A DNA stretch of 64,000 nt, taken from contig NC_083287.1 in NCBI RefSeq assembly GCF_963506605.1, forward strand, positions 37,448,001-37,512,000. Direction: 5' to 3'. The notes below the pieces were generated by a model, which did not search any database, had not been told where the DNA came from, and saw only the letters and a program-made list of their open reading frames with translations. The first letter of the stretch is position 1; every line of letters starts with the position of its first letter. This document shows positions 26,510 through 37,789 of this stretch, piece after piece. Source of the stretch: Zootoca vivipara. Lineage: Eukaryota. The translations under genes and the position numbers were made by a program.

Positions 26510-26626
26510 TGAACTCACAGCTCCTCCTGTTGCAACAGATGAAAAATCACCACAAGAGGGTCTTAGCAGCCGAATTGGACCCTCCAGCAGTAGTACTAAC
26601 AGAAAAATTAGTAGAGAAAGAGCTAG
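26510..26626 (+). CDS. ARMC3: ARMC3 linker exon (ELTAPPVATDEKSPQEGLSSRIGPSSSSTNRKISRERA)
   Basis: ttccag acceptor, AG|gtatgt donor; 117 bp, phase 2-2 fits neighbours; Ser-rich like the human linker. Confidence 0.82.
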
Positions 26627-28082
26627 GTATGTATTTGAGCTTTGGAATCACGGTTTCCCTCTGGGTGTAACAAATTCTAAACTTGATGAAAACTGTTCTG
26701 AATTAGGTGAAAATGAGTATGTTTAGACCAACTAAACATGCATCTCCCTGGTTAGCATTTGAAACCAGAACAAGAGAGTAAAATTTGAAAAGTCATTCAA
26801 TTCATTCATTCATTGCATTTATATACCACCTTCCTGCCAAGGTATGCAGGGCAGTGTGCAGTTTTAAAGGACTGAAACTAATCATACAACATTTAAACAC
26901 CATTTATCCAAAATCTGAATTGATATATTTTTCTTTCTTTTTCTCTTTTGTTTATGTTTTATTTTTATTTTCTGCTTCTTGTTTTTTGTTTTTGTGATTG
27001 AAATGTTTGAAAATTAATAAATATTATTTGAAAAACAAAAACAAAATCTGTGCTAAGCAGAGGAAACCCTTATAAATTGTATGCAACAGTAAGTGAGATC
27101 TACCAACCCACTTGTAATAAGGACAATATATATATGACATCCAACCCACCAATAAATATTTCACAATCCCTGTAGCTTCCTGCATGAATTCTTGATTCCG
27201 CAGATATAGTCCTTCTGATTTCCCGCTTCTAATGTAATCGCTTAAGACAACTGCACAACATGATTTATATATAATAATATACATTATAATGAAAGAAGTG
27301 TGAAATAACAATGCCATCAACAGTCATGTATATTTCCCCCAACGCAGATCTGCATTCAAGCATGAAATGAAATTTTTTCGCCATTCTTACAAAAACTTTA
27401 TCTCTGTTCCTTATTGCCAGTAACATCTGGTTTTGATTGCTACTGACTATATGCTTCTATAAGCCAGTCTTCTAATTTTTATATTTGATTTAAAATGTCC
27501 AGTGAATTAATAGGGTTGGATCCAATCTAAGGTCACAATCCTATACAACAGGGGTGGCAGATCTGTGGCTTTCTAGATAACAATGGACTCCAACTCCCAT
27601 CAGCCCTAGCAAACATAGTCAACAGTTAGGGATGATGTGAGTTGTAGGTTAGCAACCCTAGAAGGGCCACAGGTTCCATACTCTCTTACCTGGAAATAAA
27701 TCCCATTGAACTTAGTGGAGTTTACTACTGAGTAGACATGTATAATGTTGCACTGTTTTGCAGAGAAATCAATGTAATAGCTCCCATTTAAATCAATGGA
27801 CATGTTCATCATTAATAACTTTTTATATTGATTTCAGTAGGACCTAAGTGCAACTAAATTAGTCTGGATCCAGTTCATTGTAAATAAGTATTTATTCTGC
27901 TATTGTGCTTGGTAATAAGTTACTGCTTTTTCTGTTTTTGTTTGTTTGCTTGCTTGCTTGCTTGCTTAGTATTTAACAAATGGGGGAATAAGGTTAAATG
28001 CAGGGAGGAAACTTTTTATTAACCAGCATGCTAATTTACCAGCAGCTGGCCACCTTGAATGCATTCCTTATGAAGGTGCTAC

Positions 28083-28367
28083 CAGTGGCGGAGCTTCATG
28101 CTCCGGCACGGGGGGGGGCGGAGAGCAGGTGTGGGCATGGCTGGCGCGTGTCCCAGAGACGTGGCACGCCACTCGCAGGTGCGTGGTGCGTGTCCCAGGG
28201 GCGTGGCGTGCAGCCCACAGGTGCGTGACGTGTGTCCTGGGGGCGTGGCACGCTGCCTGCAGGGGCGTGGCGCACAGCCTGGGTGTGGGGCAGCTGCGAT
28301 GGCACCCCACCGGGATTGCGCTGCCGGGGGCAGCACGCTCCCCCCGCCCCCCTCTTCTCTGCTAGTG
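28083..28367. mobile_element. GC-rich non-autonomous hAT-like element containing a 3 x 42-bp minisatellite
   Basis: Degenerate TIR (cagtggcggag / ctctgctagtg), partial TSD ggtgc; units at 28143, 28185 and 28227. Confidence 0.6.
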
Positions 28368-28573
28368 GGTGCAGTATCTTTGTTAGTATTAGTGTTAGTG
28401 TTCCACAATGAACCACATACTTTTTATTTTGCCTTTGGTTTTGTCTGAGGATAACCGGAGGTTTTTAACATCACTGCCACTCCTCTCTATGTAATGTGTG
28501 CACAACACCGTAAGAATGTCTATGCCTTGTAGAAGTCAAGGAGAAATGGGAAATTACTTTGTAATTTCTATAG

Positions 28574-28657
28574 CTCAGTCGAGGAGAAGGAGAAGCCAGA
28601 ATCTCCAGGACGGTCTTCTTCAATCAGTAAAGGAGGTGGTAGAGAGAAAGGATCGAG
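28574..28657 (+). CDS. ARMC3: ARMC3 linker exon (SVEEKEKPESPGRSSSISKGGGREKGS)
   Basis: ttctatag acceptor, AG|gtactt donor; 84 bp, phase 2-2; resembles human SPIEDKSEPASGR...KEKG. Confidence 0.75.
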
Positions 28658-28704
28658 GTACTTTTATTCTTATTAAGAGCTAAAGTGTAGAAGCTTGAAA
28701 CTAT

Positions 28705-28736
<32 letters not shown>

Positions 28737-29349
28737 TTTAGTTATACTATAACACCATCTATATACATGGTGCTTTATAAAGTTTATACCCCAAGGGGTT
28801 TCCAACCTAAAAACAGACAAAGGGAAGGGGAGAGAAATGGAGCCAAGGGATAAGCATGGGTAAAATATATGATTACAGATAATAAAAACAAGTTTCTAAA
28901 TCAAGCCTGTACCATGATTAGTCTTCAGTGTATTATGGTGCTACCTCGCAGCGTTCTGATATCACACAGAGGCCAGAGTTTCCTGTGTTCCTTGGGCCAT
29001 GAGAAATTTCCTGTATAGGTAGCACATTTGCTTGGGGGGTGTACTATATGTATGTACACATGAAGCCAAATCTGAGTTTCTAGCATGTGTCCACCACATA
29101 TATATACACAACAAAATAAATGCATAATGTTTGAAACATCCCTTGAAGCCTCTGGACTTTTCTAGATTCACGTAGTCCTAGAGTTGAAATGGCTGTGTAG
29201 ATCCTCAACTCCAAACCCATCTACAAAGTTAGAATAGGAAAGCTAACTGATTTGATTTTGTGAAGACAGCCCAGTAAAGTGTCATCATGTACTGAATGAA
29301 TGCCATACTGTTTATCTTAAGGATGTGCCTTGAATGTTTATGGCAAGTA

Positions 29350-29597
29350 CAGTCATACCTTGGAAGTCGAACGGAATCCGTTCCAGAAGTCCATTTGACT
29401 TCCGAAACATTCGAAAACCAAATCATGGCTTCTGATTGGCTGCAGGAAGCTTCTGCAGCCAATCAGAAGCTGCGGAAGCCCTGTCGGCCTTTCGGGTTCC
29501 AAAAGAATATTCACAAACAGGAACAATCACTGCATTTGCTGCATTTGGGAACCAAAACATCAAAGTTCCAGGGCATTCGACAACCAAGGTACAACTG
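29350..29597. mobile_element. Tigger-like MITE
   Basis: TA TSD; TIR cagtcataccttgg / ccaaggtacaactg; central palindrome ttctgattggctgcag...ctgcagccaatcagaa. Confidence 0.85.
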
Positions 29598-30220
29598 TAC
29601 AGAAATTGATATGCAAAGTGGCACTTGTACAGTGAGCCTTATTAATAACGATGAACACTTTGTTCAGGCATAATCCAGGATTATTTTTAGGTGGTTGCTA
29701 TACCCTTTCCTTGAAAGTAACCATGGGCTCTGAGGGAGACAGCTGCCATTCTGTGAAGTTATTACAACAAAGGTCATACATGATTGAGTTAGGGAACTCT
29801 TGCCTCTCTGATATTTAGCAATGGCGCAGAGTCTGCCAGTTACAGCTGAGTTGATTAGCCATTCCAAACAAGCTTCACAATAAAATCTCTTGAATTAGCT
29901 GAGCCAAAATGTGGCAACCATCCGCTAGTCTGGCTTTCATGTAAGATGTTGGCCATTGCCATCTAGGGCATGATGCTGCAAGCAATAAGCAGGAATAATC
30001 ACATTAGCAAGATGGGAATTGGTGGGGAAGTTGAGAGCTATTCTCCATCACACTTCTGTGTAGTCCACAATGTAATGTCTCTAATGCATTTGTCTCAGAA
30101 AACCGGAAAATGTTGCAGTATATCAATTGCTGTGTGCTTGCACAAGCCACACTGAGAGATTGCTATAGGATGCCAGGATCACATGGAGAAGTAGTTTGTT
30201 GTAGTCTGGCTACTCAGACC

Positions 30221-30310
30221 CATAGCTGCCAAGTTTTCCCTTTTCTCACGAGGAAGCCTATTCAGCATAAGGGAAAATCCCTGTAAAAAAGGGATAACTT
30301 GGCAGCTATG
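30221..30310. mobile_element. 90-bp hAT-type mini-MITE, inverted sister of 20481..20570
   Basis: Same TIR and length; perfect 8-bp TSD CTCAGACC. Confidence 0.92.
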
Positions 30311-30564
30311 CTCAGACCTAGTATTCAGTCCTTTTCCCTAAACTCCACAATCACTCAGAAATCCAGGCAGCTGTTTCAGATTCTTCCAAATACAGATTCC
30401 ATTTGTACTAATTTTGTTTTTATTCTAAGATACCATATTGGTTGATTTTAGCACATGCTAGACTGGCAGGGTGGGCTAACAGCACTGTATAAAAAGTCTT
30501 TGATGTCTATGGCCCTGGCATTTGAGGTCATGGTGCATCCTTTAATGGGGATCACAGTTGCATG

Positions 30565-30617
<53 letters not shown>

Positions 30618-30720
30618 TAATAATACCCCGCCCATCTGGCCAGGTTCCCCCAGCCACTCTGGGCGGCTTCCAACAAAATATTAAAATACAGAAATCCATC
30701 AAACATTAAAAGCTTCCCAT
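30565..30720 (-). mobile_element. L2-like LINE 3' end with expanded (TAA)n microsatellite tail
   Basis: (TAA)n at 30565..30616 abutting ataccccgcccatctgg...gggcggcttccaac, recalled as a lizard L2 terminus. Confidence 0.6.
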
Positions 30721-32290
30721 GAACACAGGGCATTCCCAAAGTTTATATAGGACTAAGTCCTCATTTTGGCTAGAAGTAGGTAATCCTCCCTAAGCTCACT
30801 AGCAAGATTCAGACGCTAACAGTGCAATCCTATTGATGACCACTCAGAGAAGTAAGTTAATAAAATGTCAATGAGACTTACTGTCAGGTAAGTGTGTCAA
30901 GGATTGCAGCATAAATCTAGGAGGAAGGATGAATGCAGGCTGTGCAGAGAAACAGATCTATGTTTGTGTTTGGTGGCTTTAGAGTAGCTTTCTTTGTGTC
31001 AACCCAGCAAAACAGCTTTATTGATTATTTTGTTGTTGTTCCACTGCTGTTTGGCTTGTTTTTATTTTAGGTTACTTTGGGTTTTTTGCTTCCTTTTAAG
31101 TTTCCTGCTTTTTAAAAGGAAAACCTTTGGATTAATGGAAGTATTGTTTTTAAAACATCAGTGTCTATACAATTCAGCTCCTTTATGCAGCTTATGCAGC
31201 TGACTTCACTAGTTAAAACCTCATATTCTGGGATTTCCAAAATGTTAGCATTTCCCAACAGGCAGGGTATCTATCACAAATGATTTTTTGTCAATTCTGC
31301 GTCAGATGTGAAGGCTGCTTCCACAATGGACATGATGCACACATTTCGTCCCCAGTGTAATCTTTCAGAAATTTATGAAAGTGGTTGAACAGAGTGTATA
31401 ACAGCTGTTTTGAATTATGATACCGATAATACAACTATCACAGGAGTACCAGTAATTCACACAGTATTTCTCCCGATTATTGAGGTCCCACATTTTCTAC
31501 TCGTTTGTCAACAATATATGCAGATGGTTAAAACCATACCTGGCCACACTTGTGCTCATGATCACACAGAATAGCAAACTCATAGGATAAATGGAAACAG
31601 CTGGCAGCAATTTTTGTTAATTTGGTTGCAGTTTTTCCAGGTCCCTTTAATCCTAGGAACTGCAGTTAGTGGCTCTATCCGCCTATCACCCAGCTAACAG
31701 AGATCTTTCTGCATCTTGTTCTAAAGACGGCTTGGGACTACTTGCATATTTGGTGGGTTCATGTTTGCTAGTTTCTGCAAACGGACTCTTTAATTCTTTA
31801 ATTTTTAACAGATGCCTTTTATACCCATAGGGCTTCAAAGCAGCTAACAAATGGTTTAAAACCGATAAAAAATACATAGCAGTAAAATTAAATTAATAAA
31901 CCGAATACAGCAGCCCATCAAATATAAAAAGAGTAGCAAGTAAAAATAAACTCTCAAGGCCAGAGCTCTGATGAAATAAAATATTGTCTTATGTCTGCCT
32001 TAAAGCATCCTGGATTATTTAAACAAAAAGGCTAACACTAGCTGATCTCAGCTTCCCTTTTAAGCTGCAAAGGGAAGGCACTCTTCTGAACTCACAAATG
32101 TGAGGAAGAAAGGATAATATCTAATAAAGATATCCTCCTAGCATCTAATCACATACGAACAGTAACTGCATTCTGGAAAGCCTGTTTTGTGGAGGTAATA
32201 CAAACCTCAGGTGACAAGGATTTCCACAGTCTTGGTGTCTCTGGTGACATGAAACTGCCCTGTGTTAATGCCATCCTAGTACCATCAGTA

Positions 32291-32633
32291 AAAGGTAAAG
32301 GTAAAGGGACCCCTGACCATTAGGTCCAGTTGCGAACAACTCTGAGGTTGCGGCGCTCATCTTGCTTTACTGGCTGAGGGAGCCGGCATACAGCTTCCAG
32401 GTCAGGTGGTCAGCATGACTAAGCCACTTCTGGCGAACCAGAGCTGCACACGGAAATGCCGTTTACCTTCCCGCCAGATTTATCTACTTGCAATTTGACT
32501 TGCTTTTGAACTGCTAGCTTGGCAGGAGCTGGGACCGAGCAATGGGAGCTCACCCCGTCATGAGGATTCGAACCACTGACCTTCTGATTGGCAAGCCCTA
32601 GGCTCTTTAGACCACAGCACCACCCGTGCCCCA
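32291..32633 (-). mobile_element. Sauria SINE
   Basis: (ACCTTT)n tail, tRNA-like head with ggttcgaatcc B box; 14-bp TSD TAGTACCATCAGTA. Confidence 0.93.
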
Positions 32634-33013
32634 TAGTACCATCAGTAGTAGGATGCAAAATAGGGCCATTTCTATACTTAGAAAGTAGACAGGTTCATAT
32701 TGGAAAAGGCCAATCAAGAAAATAACATAGGATCTTAGCCGTTTTGCAGTGGTGGTGGTGGTGGTGGGATGCCTTTCCAGAAAAGGGCGATGGTGGGGAC
32801 CTTTGTGGGAGCACACAAAAAGGCACATCCATTTGAACATAAGGCTAGACGTGGTGTCATTGGAAAGAGGCAGGGAATTCTAATGGTGATTAAAACACCT
32901 TGGGTAGAGAGAGAATATCTCTTTCTTTCCTCTAAGCTGACATACCTGTTTACTTTAACTTAAATCAGAGCATGTGGGAAGCATTCCTAATACTCCTGTG
33001 CTTTTTGCAAAAG

Positions 33014-33214
33014 AAAAGGGAAAGGGAAAAAGGAAGAAGAAAAACCCAAAGAAGAAGAACCGGAGCCAGTGATGCCTAAAATAGTCGAAGAAGTTCCTGT
33101 AAAGGTCTTATGGTACCCCCCTGTTGATTCCATCTTGGTGGACTACATTACTGAGGTTTCCAAAACAATTCTCCCACTACCGACCACAAAAGAACAGGTT
33201 GTAGCCCTTGCGCA
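33014..33214 (+). CDS. ARMC3: ARMC3 exon (RKGKGKKEEEKPKEEE...WYPPVDS...KEQVVALAQ)
   Basis: ctttttgcaaaag acceptor, CA|gtgagt donor; 201 bp open. Confidence 0.92.
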
Positions 33215-34008
33215 GTGAGTATCGGGACAATGTCTTTTCTGTGAATTCAAAGTAAATATTTTAAGGGATTGATTTAGAAATCTACTGAATAGTAGATTTT
33301 GACCTGCTTTTCTTTACCAAGCCTACAAAGAGCTCATCTCTGTTTACTCAGTATTGTGGGTCCTACACATTCTCTGCAGAACAGACTTAAGACAGGTTTC
33401 AATTTCATGTAATTGAAAGGTAAAATAGGACTGATAAATAATAAAAGGAATAGTCTTTTAAAAGCCTAAACGATACAAAGGTGCTTTTAAAAAAAAGTTC
33501 CAACATTCAGAAAGGGTTTTAAAGGTTGAAAATAGAAATGTATTTTTATGCCTTTCCTGGAAATTGCCCAAAATTGACACAGCTGAGGGAGTTTCAAGAC
33601 TGAGGCATCACTTCATGAAAGACTGAACTTCTTGTAGTGCCAGCTTAATCTCCAGTTGTGACAGCTTGTGGAGCAAGAACGTTCCCAGAGGTTCTGGGGC
33701 AGCAAGCTGGTTTATATGGGAACAGATACCCTTATTTATATCTGTAGATTTTTTTTCCTTCCTCATCCTTTTTATTATTTAAAAGGATCTAGGTGCTGTA
33801 GGAAAAAAGATCAGCTCCTACTCACAAGCCTTGAGAGATCATGTAGAGTCAGCAAACCAGATAAGAACTGGAAGGGGAATGTGTGCATCTTTGAAAGATA
33901 TTGAGATGGATAATGAAATATAACATGTTTATATTTCAGTGCTAGTATTAAACCTGATTAAATATTATGACAATTGTTAATTTAGGTCACTATTGGATTT
34001 TAAAACAG

Positions 34009-34171
34009 GTTTGTTGCAGAAAAGATGGGCGGTCCAATCGAAACAGACAAATTGCATGAATTCAGCTGGGAACTTCATATAAGTGAAATTGAATATGAAC
34101 TGAAATGCAATGTTGTGCCTATTGGGAAGATCAACAAAGGGACCTTCTACCATAGGGCCTTGCTTTTCAAG
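34009..34171 (+). CDS. ARMC3: ARMC3 exon, EDR1-like domain (FVAEKMGG...GTFYHRALLFK)
   Basis: aacag acceptor, AAG|gtaaag donor; 163 bp; HRALLFK motif. Confidence 0.96.
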
Positions 34172-34484
34172 GTAAAGTCAATTACTCAGCCACATACAAG
34201 TTTCATTTTAATAGCACACAGCATATGCTAATGTACATCAACTTCAACATATATTTGCTGTAGTGTTATCCAAACCTTATTTATTTGTGTACTTAAGTCA
34301 TTTTGTGTTTGGTTAGTATTGATTTCTCATCAAGCAAAGACACACAGTCTTTTCTGTAAGCACCATTTGAAATCACTGGGAGGGAAGTGTGAGTGATGTT
34401 AATACAATGCTGCATTGAAAGCAAAATAATACAAATGGCCATGTTGATGACTCGTGCAGTGCTGTGAGTTCAAATATCATCTCA

Positions 34485-35007
34485 GCTATAAGTTACTGCA
34501 AAGTGTTATATGTGGGGCTGCCTCTGAAGATAGTTCGGAATTCAGTGGCCAGGTTGCTCACTGGGGCAAGAATGTTTGATCATATAATGCCAATCCTGGC
34601 CCAACTGCATTGGCTGCGGTCAATTAGTTTCTGTCTGGGCCCAATTCAAATTGCTGCTTTTGACCTATAAAGCCTTAAATGGCTCAGGACTGCAATACCT
34701 CAAGGACCGCCCCTCCCCATATGAACTGACCTGTAATCATCATCTGAGGCCCTTCTCCATGTGCCAGCTCCATGACAGGTCCAGAAGGTAGCAACAAAAG
34801 AACAGGTCTTTTCTGTGGTGGCTCCCTGTTTGTGGAATACTTTCCCCAGGGAGGCTCACCTGTCACATTCATTATATATCTTTAGGCACCAGGCAAAAAC
34901 ATTTTTCTTTGGCCAGGCCTTTGGCTACTTAAACAATCTATGTTATTATGTTAAGTATTTCTGTGTTTTTATACTGTAAATCCCCTGTGATTCTCAGATG
35001 AAAGGTG

Positions 35008-35053
<46 letters not shown>
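34485..35053 (+). mobile_element. L2 LINE 3' fragment, decayed, with (TTA)n tail
   Basis: YCKVLYVGLPLK..NSVARLLTG..DHI.PILAQLHWL motif typical of the L2 ORF2 C-terminus. Confidence 0.85.
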
Positions 35054-35054
<1 letters not shown>

Positions 35055-35451
35055 TCACTGAGAAGCCAGACACTATTTCTTGCCTTTATACCCCTCTTTG
35101 CAGCATGGACATAACAGTACAAACCTACCTTACAGGGTTATTGTAAGGGTAGTTTCTGTGAAGTATTTTGAGCACTTAGGAAAAGCACAAGATAAATATT
35201 AAACATTAAAAAGGTTACTTTTTCTTACAAGAGATGATTCTAACAGCAAACTTAATGGTCTTGTGCTTGAGCAGTGAAATGGTGACTTTCCTCTTCTCTC
35301 TGTGTACAGTGTCCCTTTTGTAGCATGTCTTTCAAATGGTAAAGCACTATTTTAAACTGTAAGCCCTTCAGTGCACTGACCAAAAGGCAGTATGTCAATG
35401 TAATAAAAATAAAGTAAAATATATCTCTCATCTGGTTACTTCCTCCCATAG

Positions 35452-35661
35452 GTTCTAGCAGACAGAATTGGTGTTAGCTGCAGCTTAGTCCGTGGAGAGT
35501 ACACCAGAGCATGGAATGAAGTTAAATTGGTTGATGATTCTCCCTTGGGAATACCTGGACTTCTGCTTCCCCCTCAAGTATATATTGTAGATCTCATGTA
35601 CCAGCCAGGCAATCTAATGAAAGAAGGCAGTCCAGAGGCAGATCACTATGGACGTATTTAA
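35452..35661 (+). CDS. ARMC3: ARMC3 last coding exon (VLADRIGVSCSLVRGEYTRAWNEV...VDLMYQPGNLMKEGSPEADHYGRI*)
   Basis: cccatag acceptor; 70 codons ending TAA at 35659..35661. Confidence 0.96.
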   Translation, partial: VLADRIGVSCSLVRGEYTRAWNEVKLVDDSPLGIPGLLLPPQVYIVDLMYQPGNLMKEGSPEADHYGRI

Positions 35662-35927
35662 TTATATTTCCAGAGCTCTTTGAAACCAAAAGCTGCTTGT
35701 TCATAAAGCTAATTAACACAGAGAGGCTTGTAGGGCTCATTTTCAAAGATGGGCTGGGTGCCAACTGCAGCACCTTTACATGTACTGATGAATCTAGATA
35801 GGTGAGCTGGGTCTTTTGTTTTACTACGTGGAGAGACTGTCTTAGAAAAATATTTGGGAACTGCACAGAATTTCAGTAGAAGTTTTGCTTATAATTTAAT
35901 CATATTTTATTTATTTTAGTCTTTTGG

Positions 35928-35933
35928 AATAAA
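35928..35933 (+). terminator. Candidate ARMC3 polyadenylation signal
   Basis: AATAAA about 270 bp after the stop codon, GT-rich sequence downstream; another AATAAA at 36366. Confidence 0.5.
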
Positions 35934-36082
35934 ATGCAGATACCTGGAATTTGGAGTGGGGTTTTTAATCTTTATAAGTTGTGTTTTAAAATTTTACAGC
36001 TCACAAGGACATTTGCTGTCACTTTTCCATTTGAATGTAGGCAGGACAGCAGTTCCTGTATTACATCTTATTTTTGCCATGT

Positions 36083-36288
36083 ATTCATGGGGGAGAAAGC
36101 TATCAGTGGCTACTAGCCATGGTGGTTATGCTCCTACCTTCACAGTCGGAGGCAGAAATGCTTCTGAGTACTAGTTTCTGGAAACTACGGGAGAGGAGAG
36201 TGCTCTTGTGCTCATGTTCTGCTCCCTGGTTTCCCACAGGCATCTGGCTGGCCACTGTGAGAACAGGATCCAACAGGCTATTCTTATG
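36083..36288 (+). mobile_element. CR1 LINE 3' UTR fragment
   Basis: Ends in ttcttatg; reverse complement matches 52530..52695 and 59700..59852. Confidence 0.75.
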
Positions 36289-36613
36289 TATTAATAGACC
36301 TGTTTTCTCTCATATATTTTTAATTTGCAATTTCCATCAACGATAATGACATAAAACTGAAGCATAATAAATAAATAGACAATCCTAGGCCAAACTAGAT
36401 GTGATGGAGCAGCCATGAGTGTTCACATGTCTTCCCTGTTCATGTGTAAAAAGGAGAGCCTATGGAACATGCAAGGCATAGAATTGAAACTATCCCCATA
36501 CATCCATTTTACTCAGCTGTGTTCTGCTGCTTGATGTGCTTTTATCCCAGCATAGTTCCCATAATGCAGGTTAGCTAACTGGGGCAGCGGGGATGGTAGA
36601 GCCCAGTTAAGTA

Positions 36614-36833
36614 CAGTGGTACCTCCGGTTGCAGACGGGATCCGTTCCGGCGCTCCAGCCAGATCCTGAGGTTTCCGCAACCGGAGGTGCCTGTTCTGCA
36701 CGTGCACGCAGTGCGATAGAGCACTACTGTGCATGTGCGCAGGGCGAAACCCAGAAATATACTTCCAGGTTTGCCGCCTGCATATCCCAAAGGATACATA
36801 ACAAGAGGGTAGAGGTAAGTAGAGGTACCACTG
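36614..36833. mobile_element. Tigger/mariner-type MITE
   Basis: TA TSD; TIR cagtggtacctc / gaggtaccactg. Confidence 0.88.
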
Positions 36834-36935
36834 TATAGGAGGGGAGGGTTTAGCTCCCCCACCCCATGTTTCCTTTCATATTTTAAAAGATAGACCCACA
36901 CTCCTACCATTTTATATGTGAATGGGACAGACAAC

Positions 36936-37507
36936 GTCATAAAATAAACATGGCTATCAGTTCAGAAACTCCAACTTTAGCTCAGAGTGGGGTAGATCCA
37001 TGGGCATAAAACTAGTTTGCATGGATTCTGGTTACTAGCTCTGGGGGGGGGGGCAAATTTGATTCAGTTCACATTTGTAGGGGGACCTACCTAATTTGCA
37101 CTTTCTAAAACAATGTGTGAACAAAGTCATAAAATAAACATGGCTATCAGTTCAGAAACTCCAACTTTAGCTCAGAGTGGGGTAGATCCATGGGCATAAA
37201 ACTAGTTTGCATGGATTCTGGTTACTAGCTCGGGGGGGGGCAAATTTGATTCAGTTCACATTTGTAGGGGGACCTACCTAATTTGCACTTTCTAAAACAA
37301 TGTGTGAACAAAGTCATAAAATAAACATGGCTATCAGTTCAGAAACTCCAACTTTAGCTCAGAGTGGGGTAGATCCATGGGCATAAAAACTAGTTTGCAT
37401 GGATTCTGGTTACTAGCTCTAGGGACGGGGGCGGGGGACAAATTTGATTCAGTTCACATTTGTAGGGGGACCTACCTAATTTGCACTTTCTAAAACAATG
37501 TGTGAAC
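36936..37507. repeat. Tandem triplication, units of 190, 187 and 195 bp
   Basis: Units start at 36936, 37126 and 37313; near-identical except for a G-rich tract. Confidence 0.95.
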
Positions 37508-37789
37508 TGAAACACAGCCATCCTTTGAAATTAGCAAAGTAAGGTGAACAAAAAATGCATATATCAAAGTAAAGTGTGCATAAAAATACATATTGGTAAA
37601 AATAACATACAAAAGGTGTTGTCTTCGGGTAAATTGTATGCAAATGTGCATATTAGAAGAAATTCACACTGCTGCTGAGTTTTTATAAGGACTTGTTTTC
37701 TAAAAATTCACAAACTGATGTGGAAATGTGAAGAAGTGAACTTAAGAGTGGAAAAATAAGAAACCAAAGTTGAGATTCACCCATCCCTA
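37420..37789. mobile_element. Old hAT-like non-autonomous element; its left end lies within the triplicated unit
   Basis: Termini tagggacggg / cccatcccta; degenerate TSD ctagctct / ctggctgt. Confidence 0.55.

Noticed and set aside
36936-37507. CRISPR-like array
   Set aside because: Whole units are repeated with no unique spacers, and the context is eukaryotic; it is a tandem duplication
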